Below are positions 9,604 to 18,273 of a stretch of 64,000 bases of DNA, piece by piece; the first letter of the stretch is position 1; every line of letters starts with the position of its first letter. Origin of the DNA: Bacteroidaceae bacterium (GTDB lineage: Bacteria > Bacteroidota > Bacteroidia > Bacteroidales > Bacteroidaceae). The notes below the pieces were generated by a model. The model searched no databases, was not told the origin of the DNA, and saw only the letters and a list, made by a program, of their open reading frames with translations. Location of the stretch: NCBI GenBank assembly GCA_017555585.1, contig JAFZGA010000005.1:102656-166655 (forward strand). The letters are read 5' to 3'. Made by a program: the position numbers and the translations under genes.

Positions 9604-9718
9604 GTCTTGTGCTTTTTTATGGTGACAAACAGGCAGCAAATGTGCAGAAAGTAAAGCTGATTTTGGCATTTTACTGCGAGCGCAGCCTATTTTTATAAAT
9701 TTTTTGTAGATTTTGGTG

Positions 9719-9726
9719 CAAAGATA
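9719..9726 (-). promoter_or_regulatory. -7 box (TATCTTTG) for the TlpA-like gene
   Basis: The minus strand reads TATCTTTG. It sits back-to-back with the pnp -7 box, 22 nt away. Confidence 0.45.
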
Positions 9727-9747
9727 GTTAAAATGTCGAAAATTGTA

Positions 9748-9755
9748 TATCTTTG
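9748..9755 (+). promoter_or_regulatory. -7 box (TATCTTTG) for pnp
   Basis: The plus strand reads TATCTTTG, about 42 nt upstream of the pnp ATG at 9797. Confidence 0.5.
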
Positions 9756-9796
9756 CGAGAATTACAATAAAAAATGTATTTAAAAAATAATTTAAG

Positions 9797-11992
9797 ATGA
9801 ATGTTGTTACAAAAAATGTGGCTTTGCCCGATGGTAGAGTAATTACCATTGAAACTGGTAAGCTTGCAAAGCAGGCTGACGGCGCAGTTATGTTGCGCTT
9901 GGGCAATACGATGCTTTTGGCCACAGTCTGTGCAGCGAAGGACGCTGTTCCAGGCACTGATTTTATGCCTCTACAGGTAGAGTACAAAGAGAAATATGCG
10001 GCATTCGGCCGTTTCCCAGGTGGTTTTACAAAACGTGAAGGTAAGGCTTCGGATTACGAAATCCTTACATGCCGTTTGGTTGACCGCGCTCTTCGTCCTC
10101 TATTCCCCGATAACTTCCATGCCGAGGTTTACGTAAACATCATGCTCTGCTCTGCTGACGGTGTAGATATGCCTGATGCACTTGCAGGTCTTGCTGCTTC
10201 TGCAGCTCTTGCTGTTTCTGATATTCCTTTCGGTGGCCCAATCTCTGAGGTACGTGTTGCACGCATCGGCGGTGAGTTCGTAATTAACCCTACATTCGCA
10301 CAGCTCGATGAGGCTGACATGGATATCATGGTTGCCGCTACATACGACAACATCATGATGGTTGAGGGTGAGATGAAGGAGGTTTCAGAAAATGACCTTC
10401 TCGAGGCAATGAAGGTTGCTCACGAGGCAATCAAGGTTCACTGCAAGGCTCAGATGGAGCTTATGGAAGAGGTCGGCTCTACCGTTAAGCGTGAATATTG
10501 CCACGAGGTTAACGACGAAGAGCTCCGCGCTCAGGTTCGTGAGGCTTGCTATGCAAAGGCATACGCTGTTGCAGCAAGCGGAAACAACGACAAGCATGGT
10601 CGTGCCGAGGCTTTCGAAGCTATCAAGGCTGAATTCAAGGCTCAGTTCACTGAGGAGGAACTCGAGGAGAAGGGTGCTCTTATCGACCGCTACTATCACG
10701 ATGTAGAGAAAGAGGCAATGCGCCGTTGCATCCTTGACGAAGGCAAGCGTCTCGATGGCCGTAAGACAACTGAAATCCGTCATATCTGGTGCGAGGCCGG
10801 TTATCTTCCGGGCCCTCACGGTTCAGCAGTCTTCACACGTGGTGAGACACAGTCTTTGACAACTGTTACTTTGGGTACAAAACGTGATGAGAAAATCGTT
10901 GACGATGTAATGAACCAGGGTACAGAGCGTTTCTTGTTGCACTACAACTTCCCTCCATTCTCTACTGGTGAGGCTCGTGCACAGCGTGGTGTAGGCCGTC
11001 GTGAAATCGGTCACGGTAACCTCGCTTGCCGTGCGTTGAAGAATATGATTCCTGCTGACTATCCATATTGCGTTCGCGTTGTTTCTGATATTCTTGAGTC
11101 AAACGGATCGTCTTCAATGGCAACTGTATGTGCAGGTACATTGGCTCTTATGGATGCCGGTGTTAAGATCAAGAAGCCTGTATCAGGTATTGCAATGGGT
11201 CTTATTAAGAATGCCGGTGAAGAGAAATACGCCGTATTGAGCGATATCCTCGGCGATGAGGACCACTTGGGTGATATGGACTTCAAGGTAACAGGTACTG
11301 TTGACGGTATTACAGCTACACAGATGGATATCAAGGTTGACGGTCTTTCATACGAAATCCTTGAAAAGGCTCTTAACCAGGCACGTGATGGCCGTATGCA
11401 TATTCTCGGTAAGATTACAGAGTGCATCGCTGAGCCACGTGCAGAACTCAAGCCTCATGCTCCACGCATCGAGACAATGCGTATTCCTAAGGAGTTCATC
11501 GGTGCTGTCATTGGTCCTGGCGGTAAGATTATCCAGGGCATGCAGGAGGAGACCGGCGCAACAATCTCTATTGAGGAGGTTGATGGCGAGGGTATCATCG
11601 AGATTGCAGCAAACAACGGTCAGGCTATCAACGATGCTATCGCAAAGATTAAGGCTATCGTTGCTATCCCCGAGGCCGGTGAGGTTTACGAAGGTACTGT
11701 ACGCAGCGTAATGCCTTATGGTGCATTCGTTGAGTTCATGCCGGGCAAGGATGGTCTGTTGCACATCTCTGAAATTGACTGGAAACGTTTCGAGACAATG
11801 GAAGAGGCTGGAATCAACGAGGGTGACAAGTTGCAGGTCAAGCTCGTTGAGATTGATCCAAAGACAGGTAAGTTCAAGCTCTCTCGCAAGGCTCTCATCG
11901 AGAAACCTGAGGGTTATGAGGAGCGCGAGCGTCGTCCACGCCGCGAACGTGAGCCACGCGAACAGCGTCGTCCACGCAACGACAAGGAATAA
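9797..11992 (+). CDS. pnp: polyribonucleotide nucleotidyltransferase (PNPase)
   Basis: 731 aa with two RNase PH-like domains, then KH ([13 protein letters not shown]) and S1 ([20 protein letters not shown]) domains. It ends in an R/E-rich tail. Confidence 0.95.
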   Translation: MNVVTKNVALPDGRVITIETGKLAKQADGAVMLRLGNTMLLATVCAAKDAVPGTDFMPLQVEYKEKYAAFGRFPGGFTKREGKASDYEILTCRLVDRALRPLFPDNFHAEVYVNIMLCSADGVDMPDALAGLAASAALAVSDIPFGGPISEVRVARIGGEFVINPTFAQLDEADMDIMVAATYDNIMMVEGEMKEVSENDLLEAMKVAHEAIKVHCKAQMELMEEVGSTVKREYCHEVNDEELRAQVREACYAKAYAVAASGNNDKHGRAEAFEAIKAEFKAQFTEEELEEKGALIDRYYHDVEKEAMRRCILDEGKRLDGRKTTEIRHIWCEAGYLPGPHGSAVFTRGETQSLTTVTLGTKRDEKIVDDVMNQGTERFLLHYNFPPFSTGEARAQRGVGRREIGHGNLACRALKNMIPADYPYCVRVVSDILESNGSSSMATVCAGTLALMDAGVKIKKPVSGIAMGLIKNAGEEKYAVLSDILGDEDHLGDMDFKVTGTVDGITATQMDIKVDGLSYEILEKALNQARDGRMHILGKITECIAEPRAELKPHAPRIETMRIPKEFIGAVIGPGGKIIQGMQEETGATISIEEVDGEGIIEIAANNGQAINDAIAKIKAIVAIPEAGEVYEGTVRSVMPYGAFVEFMPGKDGLLHISEIDWKRFETMEEAGINEGDKLQVKLVEIDPKTGKFKLSRKALIEKPEGYEERERRPRREREPREQRRPRNDKE

Positions 11993-12010
11993 TCACTGAT
12001 TACACATAGC

Positions 12011-12049
12011 AAAATAAGATGCTTCCCGAAAGGGGAGCATCTTATTTTT
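12011..12049. terminator. bidirectional hairpin terminator (pnp / Ig-repeat gene)
   Basis: aaaataagatgcttccc-gaaa-ggggagcatcttatttt forms a ~17-bp stem (one G-U) with flanking A/T runs, between convergent genes. Confidence 0.75.
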
Positions 12050-12067
12050 ATTATATAAAAGTAAAGG

Positions 12068-12919
12068 TTACTTTCTTATCTTTACGTTCTTGAATATCAG
12101 GTTTGCTTGGTGACTGTAGGACCATACGGTGACATTGGATAGCTCTGTGGCCAATTCATCTACGTTCTTTACCACAATGCTTCCTTTTGCGAATACATTT
12201 TCGGGGATCGTGGTGTATACATTGTTAGGACTGTCTGATGTACCTAAGGTCAATGAAGCTTTGTTATATCCAAAGTCGTATTTGTTTCCCTGATCGTCAT
12301 AGATATATGAACGGCCACCATCTGCGCCATACAGCCTAAGGTTAACATTCTTATTTGTTACATTGGCAACTCTGTATGTAACGGTCACGGTATTGCTTGA
12401 ATTACATTTGCAATTCAGTAATGTGAATTCCAAGTCATCGCTACAAGAAACAACCGTTCCTGTGGTCTGTGGCTCCTCAATCTCGTGGTATGAACGTCCC
12501 TGTATTGCTACATTCTTGAATATCAGGTTTGCTTGGTGACTGTAGGACCATACGGTAATATTTGCAAATCTTGATGCATAGTCATCAACGTTGTAAATCT
12601 TGACCGTGCCCTTTACTTTTACTCCTACAGGGATTGTGGTGGATACATTGTTAGGACTGTCTGATGTACCTAAGGTCAATGAAGCCTTGTTATATCCAAA
12701 GTCGTATTTGTTTCCCTGATCGTCATATATATATGAACGGTCATCATCTGCGCCATAGAGTCTGAGTGCGATGGGCGTGTTTCCTGTATTTTCTACCGTA
12801 TAGCTCAATGTAGCAGTCGTTCCCGAAATTGTACAGCTTGTCAATAAAAATTTCAAATTGTCATTGCATGTGATAATCTCTTCTTTGCCACTAACAGATG
12901 TACTCTCTACGTTCATGCT
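12068..12919 (-). repeat. in-frame tandem duplication, period 426 nt (2 x 142 codons)
   Basis: Identical stretches sit at an offset of exactly 426 nt. For example ttcttgaatatcaggtttgcttggtgactgtaggaccatacggt occurs at 12087 and 12513. acattgttaggactgtctgatgtacctaaggtcaatgaagc... at 12219 and 12645 is near-identical over roughly 120 nt. More diverged segments lie between these stretches. Confidence 0.9.
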
Positions 12920-14434
12920 TACAGGTAATTCGTAATCTCCCATTTCGGTGCGGATAATAATTGTAAAACTGTACTCTCCAGGGGAAAGACCGTCTCGAAT
13001 AGCTTCGACAGTAAATGTCTCGTAAGTGCTGTTGTCTCCAGGGATGTATTCCTGGAGTACACCTTCGGTTGGACTGATGTGTGCCCAATCTGCATCACCT
13101 TTTATGTGTAGCTTGTATGTGGTTGGACCGTTATATGAGTATACGGAGAAACTCTTGGAAGTCTCTGTTCCCATATCCAGTTTCATTGGTGAAAGCACCA
13201 GATAACGATTATCAGCTTTCTCTGCATTTATTGTGACAATGAACGACTCACCATCGGACTCTACCGTAATGGTTGTACTATGCTTGCCGAATTCAAGCAT
13301 GTTGCGGTCGACTTCCACTTTTACTGTACTGCTTTTGCCCATTGCTGTAGTGCCTGAAATTGGGTTTATCTTAATCCAATCAGTTTCTACATCTTTAATC
13401 TCCCAATGCGAGCTTCCTGCATTGCCGACGTTCTTTATATTGAAAGTGAGAACTTTGGTGTCAGCTCCAAAATCAAGAATATCTTTATCCAATTCTATCT
13501 TATGGAATTTTTCTTCTATCTCTGCTGTAATTCTCAATGAAAGCGATTCACCGTCGGCATTTACAAAGATTGTTGTGCTGTGTTCTCCTACTTCTAGTTT
13601 ACTGCGATCTATATTTACTTTCACGGCACTGCTCTTGTCCATAGCTGTTGTGCCAGAGATAGGGCTGGCAGTCAGCCAATCTACGTCAATGCCGTTTATT
13701 TCCCAATCGACATTTCCTGCGTTTCCGATATTTTTTATATCAAAAGCGAGTGTGTTGTATTCTGTTCCAAAATTCAAAGAATTGGTACTCAATGATATTT
13801 TTGAATTTTTGTTTTCGGTTTCGGCTGTAATCTTGAGTGGTAGCGATTCGTTATCTGCATTTATGATGATTGTTGCTTCTTTATATTCTGTTACGCGGTT
13901 ACGTTTCAATGTAACGACAACTGCATTGCTTTTTCCGGCTTCTATGGTTCCAGAGGTTGGACTGATGCTGAACCAATCAATATCCTTTAACTCGCTGATG
14001 TTCCAGTTGATTCTTTTGTTTCCATTATTCTGTATGTTGAATGAGAGAGAAGAATTGTGGCTGCCGAAGTTTAATGAGTTTATACTTAAAGCCAATACAC
14101 CCTCTTTTACAACCGGTGTCAATTGAATGTCCCCTGATACGTCGCTTCCGGTAATGACAGTGACGGTTTTATTGTTTGATATATAACCATCTTTCTTTGC
14201 TTGAATTTCATATTGTTTGGGCTCAAGATTAAGGAATTCAAAAGTGCCATTACTGCCGGTTGTCTTTGTGTTTCCTGTAGGAGTTATAGTTACAGAAACA
14301 CCTTGCAGATACTCACCGGTTTGGGCGTCAGTGACTTTTCCCATGATGTTTCCTGTGAAAACTTCTATATCTTCAGCACAAGTGCCAAACAAAAGTATGG
14401 AAAATAATATACAAAGATATTTTATACTTTTCAT
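12068..14434 (-). CDS. surface protein: CarboxypepD_reg-like domain + 4 BACON/Ig-like repeats + 2 tandem C-terminal beta-sandwich-like domains
   Basis: The ORF is trimmed to Met53 (MKSIKYLCILFSILLFGTC signal). GKVTDAQTGEYLQGVSVTI...GTFEFLNLEPKQYEI matches the carboxypeptidase-regulatory-like fold. Four ~95-aa repeats follow the pattern L..NSLNFG...W..ISP.SGT....S..V.V...R. The last 2 x 142 aa are near-duplicates. Confidence 0.7.
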   Translation of the reverse strand: MKSIKYLCILFSILLFGTCAEDIEVFTGNIMGKVTDAQTGEYLQGVSVTITPTGNTKTTGSNGTFEFLNLEPKQYEIQAKKDGYISNNKTVTVITGSDVSGDIQLTPVVKEGVLALSINSLNFGSHNSSLSFNIQNNGNKRINWNISELKDIDWFSISPTSGTIEAGKSNAVVVTLKRNRVTEYKEATIIINADNESLPLKITAETENKNSKISLSTNSLNFGTEYNTLAFDIKNIGNAGNVDWEINGIDVDWLTASPISGTTAMDKSSAVKVNIDRSKLEVGEHSTTIFVNADGESLSLRITAEIEEKFHKIELDKDILDFGADTKVLTFNIKNVGNAGSSHWEIKDVETDWIKINPISGTTAMGKSSTVKVEVDRNMLEFGKHSTTITVESDGESFIVTINAEKADNRYLVLSPMKLDMGTETSKSFSVYSYNGPTTYKLHIKGDADWAHISPTEGVLQEYIPGDNSTYETFTVEAIRDGLSPGEYSFTIIIRTEMGDYELPVSMNVESTSVSGKEEIITCNDNLKFLLTSCTISGTTATLSYTVENTGNTPIALRLYGADDDRSYIYDDQGNKYDFGYNKASLTLGTSDSPNNVSTTIPVGVKVKGTVKIYNVDDYASRFANITVWSYSHQANLIFKNVAIQGRSYHEIEEPQTTGTVVSCSDDLEFTLLNCKCNSSNTVTVTYRVANVTNKNVNLRLYGADGGRSYIYDDQGNKYDFGYNKASLTLGTSDSPNNVYTTIPENVFAKGSIVVKNVDELATELSNVTVWSYSHQANLIFKNVKIRK

Positions 14435-14474
14435 GTTTATCTGTTTTTTTACTTGTTGTTGATTGTTACGTTTG

Positions 14475-15353
14475 TTAGAAGCCGTAGCTGAATGACAAAC
14501 CGTAGAAATCTTTTGCGGCTGTTGCTCCAAAGTGCATCTTGCGTGGTTTGACAACAACATGTCTTGCTCCTGGAGCCACAACTGCGTCAATCAGGTTGTA
14601 GATATATATAGCGGCCGCGGCACCGATACAACAGTTTCGTGCAATTTTAAAGTTGCTGGCTTTTGAGTGGTATTGTTTTGCGTATTTGGGTTGGCTGCGC
14701 ATTTTTGATATGTATGCTGCACGCATGTTTTCTGTGTATATAATGCCACCAATTGTAGCCGCTTCTGTTGCAATGATTGTGATACCTTTACCTATGCTTC
14801 CCTTATACATTTGTCCCCAGCCAGGAACTAAGGCACGAGCCGAAAAACCATATTTTTCTGTTACTCTGAATTCGTCAAACATAGCATGTTTGCCAACGTT
14901 AGAAACGACAAATAATGTATACAACTTAAATATGCGAATACCATTCTCTTCGTATATCTCATAATACTCATCTACACGTTCACAGTAAATGGAAACTTCT
15001 TTTTCTTCAGACTTTACATTGTATACGTAAGTCTCATTTTCAGAGTAATTCAAGTTATCCTTTTGTTGTTTTGTCTCAGACTGATTACTTAAATCTTCTG
15101 AAACCTGGATATTGAATTCTTTTTGAATATAACGTGTCAACTCTGTTCGTGCCAACAAACGGGATGATGAGAGAGTTTGACCATTATCAACTTCTACAAC
15201 CTTAAAAGAATAGCTTCCGTTCAAAGCCTTGGGAGTATTATTAAGCCACGCCGGCTTTTTCTTGTCTGACCTTTCAACGGTATCGGCATAAATAGGTGTT
15301 GCTACTATAGAAATAAGTAGCAACACGTATATTGTAAACAAATATCTATGCAT
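14475..15353 (-). CDS. membrane protein with a signal peptide, LPP20-like N-terminal part and DUF5683-like C-terminus
   Basis: 292 aa. The C-terminal pattern VPGWGQMYKG + TM + ...AAAIYIYNLIDAVV resembles the DUF5683 signature (PGxGQxY ... Y..N.iDA.V) as I remember it. Confidence 0.5.
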   Translation of the reverse strand: MHRYLFTIYVLLLISIVATPIYADTVERSDKKKPAWLNNTPKALNGSYSFKVVEVDNGQTLSSSRLLARTELTRYIQKEFNIQVSEDLSNQSETKQQKDNLNYSENETYVYNVKSEEKEVSIYCERVDEYYEIYEENGIRIFKLYTLFVVSNVGKHAMFDEFRVTEKYGFSARALVPGWGQMYKGSIGKGITIIATEAATIGGIIYTENMRAAYISKMRSQPKYAKQYHSKASNFKIARNCCIGAAAAIYIYNLIDAVVAPGARHVVVKPRKMHFGATAAKDFYGLSFSYGF

Positions 15354-15361
15354 AGCAATCC

Positions 15362-16069
15362 TTATTGCATTGTTGCACCTTTATAACCACTAAGGCTCTT
15401 TTCCATTTGTTCTTTGAACTTTTGTTCATCGAATTTTACACGAGCCTTTTGTTCAGATGTCAACTTTTCACTATAAACTTTTGCTACCTGAGCAGCCATT
15501 TCAGCTACACTCGTCTGATACTCAACACAAACAATGATTTTCCATTGATTATTAGGTGTTTTATAACGTGACATCTTAACAATAGCAGCCCCTTTAATCA
15601 ACTCCTTTGCTATACCATACTCGCGATCATCGGTATTCGATGTTTGGTCTGTTACAGAAGCACCTTGCTTATCATCTGCCGAAAACAGTTCTGTTCCACC
15701 GCTATAGTCTACTGTTGCGGTTTCAATGCATGTCTGTAAAGCTCTTGCCAAATTTGCACGGGCATTCAACTGCGCCAAGTTTGTTGCTGTAGATTCTTTA
15801 AAGTGTACACCGGTACCGTAAGCTCTTTTTGCAGGTTCTTCCATAGCATATTCAATACAAGGATCTAAAGCAACAGCAATATCTTGCTGACCTTGATTAG
15901 CTACAGCATTATTCTGTTGATTCTGCTGCTGTTGTTGCATCATCTGCATCATCTGCATCATCATTTCATTCTGAGAGTTCTTTGAACTCCCACATGATAC
16001 CATAAAAGAGACCAATAATCCTAATAATGAGCCGAGTACGGCATTTTTTAGATAGCGAAAGTTTTTCAT
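15362..16069 (-). CDS. lipoprotein (LPP20-like) with an M/Q-rich low-complexity linker
   Basis: 235 aa with the lipobox LVSFMVSCGSS, then NEMMMQMMQMMQQQQQNQQNN, then an alpha/beta domain loosely resembling the LPP20 family. Confidence 0.45.
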   Translation of the reverse strand: MKNFRYLKNAVLGSLLGLLVSFMVSCGSSKNSQNEMMMQMMQMMQQQQQNQQNNAVANQGQQDIAVALDPCIEYAMEEPAKRAYGTGVHFKESTATNLAQLNARANLARALQTCIETATVDYSGGTELFSADDKQGASVTDQTSNTDDREYGIAKELIKGAAIVKMSRYKTPNNQWKIIVCVEYQTSVAEMAAQVAKVYSEKLTSEQKARVKFDEQKFKEQMEKSLSGYKGATMQ

Positions 16070-16130
16070 AGTAATAAAAATTTTATGAATGTATATATCG
16101 CCTATAGTCCCCCGGATTCGGCTGTAACCT

Positions 16131-16422
16131 ATATAAAATAAAGACGTGGGAGCCTGTACTTTTGCTCATCCCACATTCAGGCCTTCGCATTGCCCCCTTC
16201 CAGGATAAGCAATGCAGCTAGCCCACGTCAGACGAATATGCAAATAACCGCGCGATATACCTATATAACGTATACGCGCGACATTTGGATAAACATCGCC
16301 CATGGACGCAAACATTGCCGTATCTTCTGGAAGTATCAAAGTTGCGAAGTTTGAATGTTGAAGATTAACGTCAAGTAAACGTCTTATATGTATGCCCACC
16401 CAACCTTTATGGGCTAGCTGAG
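16131..16422 (-). ncRNA. candidate structured RNA: riboswitch-like leader of the 16069 operon, or a stand-alone sRNA (class unknown)
   Basis: It starts just downstream of an exact -7 box. An 11-bp long-range helix pairs 16420..16410 with 16225..16215. There are hairpins at 16280..16249 and 16215..16187, and a terminator hairpin (16174..16146) followed by CUUUAUUUUAUAU. The region is visibly more GC-rich than neighbouring intergenic DNA. Confidence 0.4.
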
Positions 16423-16427
16423 CATCG

Positions 16428-16435
16428 CAAATATA
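16428..16435 (-). promoter_or_regulatory. -7 box (TATATTTG) driving the structured RNA / lipoprotein operon
   Basis: The minus strand reads agTATATTTGcgatgctcagctagccc, an exact TAnnTTTG match. It ends about 7 nt before the 5' arm of the long-range helix. Confidence 0.5.
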
Positions 16436-16543
16436 CTAAAAAATATTAAATGTAAAAATAAATAATGTCAAAAAACGGCTTGTTGCGATGTGTAAATTTA
16501 AGAATTTATATATATTCGCGGTGTAAAACAAAAATACATTCAT

Positions 16544-17443
16544 ATGAGAAAAATAAGAGCTGCCATAGTTGGTTATGGTAATATTGGAAAATATACACTT
16601 CAGGCGTTGAATGCTGCGCCTGACTTTGAGGTTGCAGGTGTTGTTCGTCGTGCGGGTGCAGAAAACCTTCCACAGGAACTTGAGGGCTACGATGTAGTGA
16701 AGGATATCCGCGAATTGGGTGATGTGGATGTTGCTATTCTTGCTACTCCTACACGTAGCGTGGAAAAGTATGCAAAGGATATTCTTGCGTTGGGAATCAA
16801 TACTGTTGACAGCTTTGATATTCACTCCAAGATTCTCGACTTGCGCCGTTCGCTGGGCGAGAGTGCCGAATCAGGAAATGCCGTTTCCATCATCTCTGCA
16901 GGTTGGGATCCGGGAAGTGACTCTGTGGTGCGTACACTGCTTGAGGCTATTGCTCCAAAGGGTATCACATATACCAACTTCGGTCCGGGAATGAGTATGG
17001 GACATACTGTTGCAGTCAAGGCTGTAGAGGGTGTCAAAGCTGCTCTTTCAATGACAATCCCGGTGGGTACAGGAATACACCGCCGTATGGTTTATATCGA
17101 GCTTGAGGATAGCTATGATTTCAATCAGGTGGCTGCAACAATCAAGTCCGACCCATATTTTGTGAACGATGAGACTCATGTAATCAAGGTGCCATGCGTT
17201 GATGACTTGCTCGACATGGGACATGGTGTGAACCTCACTCGCAAAGGTGTGTCGGGAACAACGCAGAACCAATTGTTCGAGTTCAACATGAGAATAAACA
17301 ATCCGGCTCTTACTGCACAGGTTCTTGTTTGCTGTGCGCGTGCTACCATGCGTCAGCAACCGGGTTGTTATACAATGATAGAAATTCCTCTTATCGACCT
17401 GTTGAGTGGCGACAGGGAACAGCATATTGCCCATCTGGTATAA
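16544..17443 (+). CDS. ddh: meso-diaminopimelate D-dehydrogenase
   Basis: 299 aa with the N-terminal Rossmann motif IVGYGNIGKY. Its length and overall pattern are as in Corynebacterium/Bacteroidetes Ddh. Confidence 0.8.
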   Translation: MRKIRAAIVGYGNIGKYTLQALNAAPDFEVAGVVRRAGAENLPQELEGYDVVKDIRELGDVDVAILATPTRSVEKYAKDILALGINTVDSFDIHSKILDLRRSLGESAESGNAVSIISAGWDPGSDSVVRTLLEAIAPKGITYTNFGPGMSMGHTVAVKAVEGVKAALSMTIPVGTGIHRRMVYIELEDSYDFNQVAATIKSDPYFVNDETHVIKVPCVDDLLDMGHGVNLTRKGVSGTTQNQLFEFNMRINNPALTAQVLVCCARATMRQQPGCYTMIEIPLIDLLSGDREQHIAHLV

Positions 17444-17450
17444 TGACAAT

Positions 17451-17485
17451 TTAAGTAAAGCTGCACCTGGTGCAGCTTTACTTAA
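17451..17485 (+). terminator. hairpin terminator after ddh
   Basis: ttaagtaaagctgcacc/ggtgcagctttacttaa is a ~16-bp inverted repeat starting 8 nt after the ddh stop. Confidence 0.65.
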
Positions 17486-17596
17486 TATAACGCTCGGTCT
17501 TTCTGTTAATTATTTTTAACAATTGGGGGGGGTAAAACGGGGATTTTTGCTTATCTTTCGCCTGTAAATATTAAATTATTAAATTATAGAAGCGGT

Positions 17597-18151
17597 ATGG
17601 CTATGAAGCGCGTTTTCAGTTTCCTTTTATGCATGTTCTGCGTTTTGTTTTTTGCTACCGATGTGTATGCACAGGACGCTAATGTTGTGGATGCACCCGA
17701 AAAGAAATATACCTTGCGCCCGGAATTTACGGCACGAATGTATGTGGGTTTTTACAACGGAGGCTACAGGGTGTCGGGCGGTGTGAATATAAACAACAAG
17801 CGCACTGCAGGTCTTATGCTCGGTTATCACGATTCTTATCACGATTATGCACCGGGGGATGTGTATGCAATAACTACAGCTCTCTATTATCGTCGATATT
17901 TTCACTTGGGCAAGCGCAAGATTTGTTCATTCTATATTGATGCCTATGCAGGTGCCGGATGGGTTTATAAGGTCGATGAGTGGTTCCCGGATGGCGAGGA
18001 TAATCAGATAGACATTGAAAAAGGTGAAGTAATTCCCGTTTTGGGTCTTCAGCCCGGTTTCAGAGTTCGCCTGTACCGCAATCTGCATGTGTTCCTTGGT
18101 CCCACAATAGCCACCGACTGTATAGGAGTCCATCTCGGTATAGGGTTATGA
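17597..18151 (+). CDS. hypothetical small outer-membrane beta-barrel-like protein
   Basis: 184 aa with the signal peptide FCVLFFATDVYAQ. It has alternating aromatic/Gly-rich strands and ends in an aromatic-rich GIGL. Confidence 0.5.
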   Translation: MAMKRVFSFLLCMFCVLFFATDVYAQDANVVDAPEKKYTLRPEFTARMYVGFYNGGYRVSGGVNINNKRTAGLMLGYHDSYHDYAPGDVYAITTALYYRRYFHLGKRKICSFYIDAYAGAGWVYKVDEWFPDGEDNQIDIEKGEVIPVLGLQPGFRVRLYRNLHVFLGPTIATDCIGVHLGIGL

Positions 18152-18186
18152 AAGATGAAATCTGTTGTATCACTTTAACAGAATAA

Positions 18187-18231
18187 AACAGAAATGAATG
18201 GCAAAATGTTGCGGTTCATTTCTGTTTTTTT
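18187..18231 (+). terminator. intrinsic terminator
   Basis: aacagaaatgaa...ttcatttctgtt forms a 12-bp stem followed by a T run (to 18231). Confidence 0.75.
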
Positions 18232-18273
18232 ACTAATTTCGCACCTCAATTTCTAATAATGAGATAAAAAGTC

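Noticed and set aside
9604-9987. Long N-terminal extensions of tracked ORFs. These are 8422..9987, 12068..14590 (extension 14435..14590), 43942..48567 (48475..48567), 5176..6117 (5986..6117) and 7775..8296 (8237..8296).
   Set aside because: In each case an internal Met begins a canonical signal peptide or family N-terminus. The extension runs into a promoter region or a neighbouring gene (9797 pnp, 14475 gene, module B, the pyrC-like gene). The starts were trimmed accordingly.
13233-14126. A 297-aa plus-strand ORF.
   Set aside because: It is antisense to the Ig-repeat gene. Its repetitive Ser/Leu/Phe composition mirrors the sense-strand repeats. It is a shadow ORF.
16166-16399. A 77-aa minus-strand ORF in the 474-nt gap between the lipoprotein operon and ddh.
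   Set aside because: It has no recognisable protein motif or signal. It coincides with the region that shows long-range RNA helices, a -7 box and a terminator. I interpret the region as RNA rather than coding.
16131-16422. Identity of the structured region as RNase P RNA, tmRNA, SRP RNA, 6S RNA, a cobalamin riboswitch, or a lysine riboswitch for the adjacent ddh.
   Set aside because: I could not find the hallmark strings on either strand: GGAAAGUCC / ACAGAA.CCGGCUUA for RNase P, the tRNA-like GGUUCGA...CCACCA end for tmRNA, GUCCGGAAGGAAGCAGC for SRP, GCCACUG / B12 box for cobalamin, or AGAGGCGC for the L-box. The interior does not fold by eye into the rod with a central bubble expected for 6S. 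The promoter and terminator point away from ddh.
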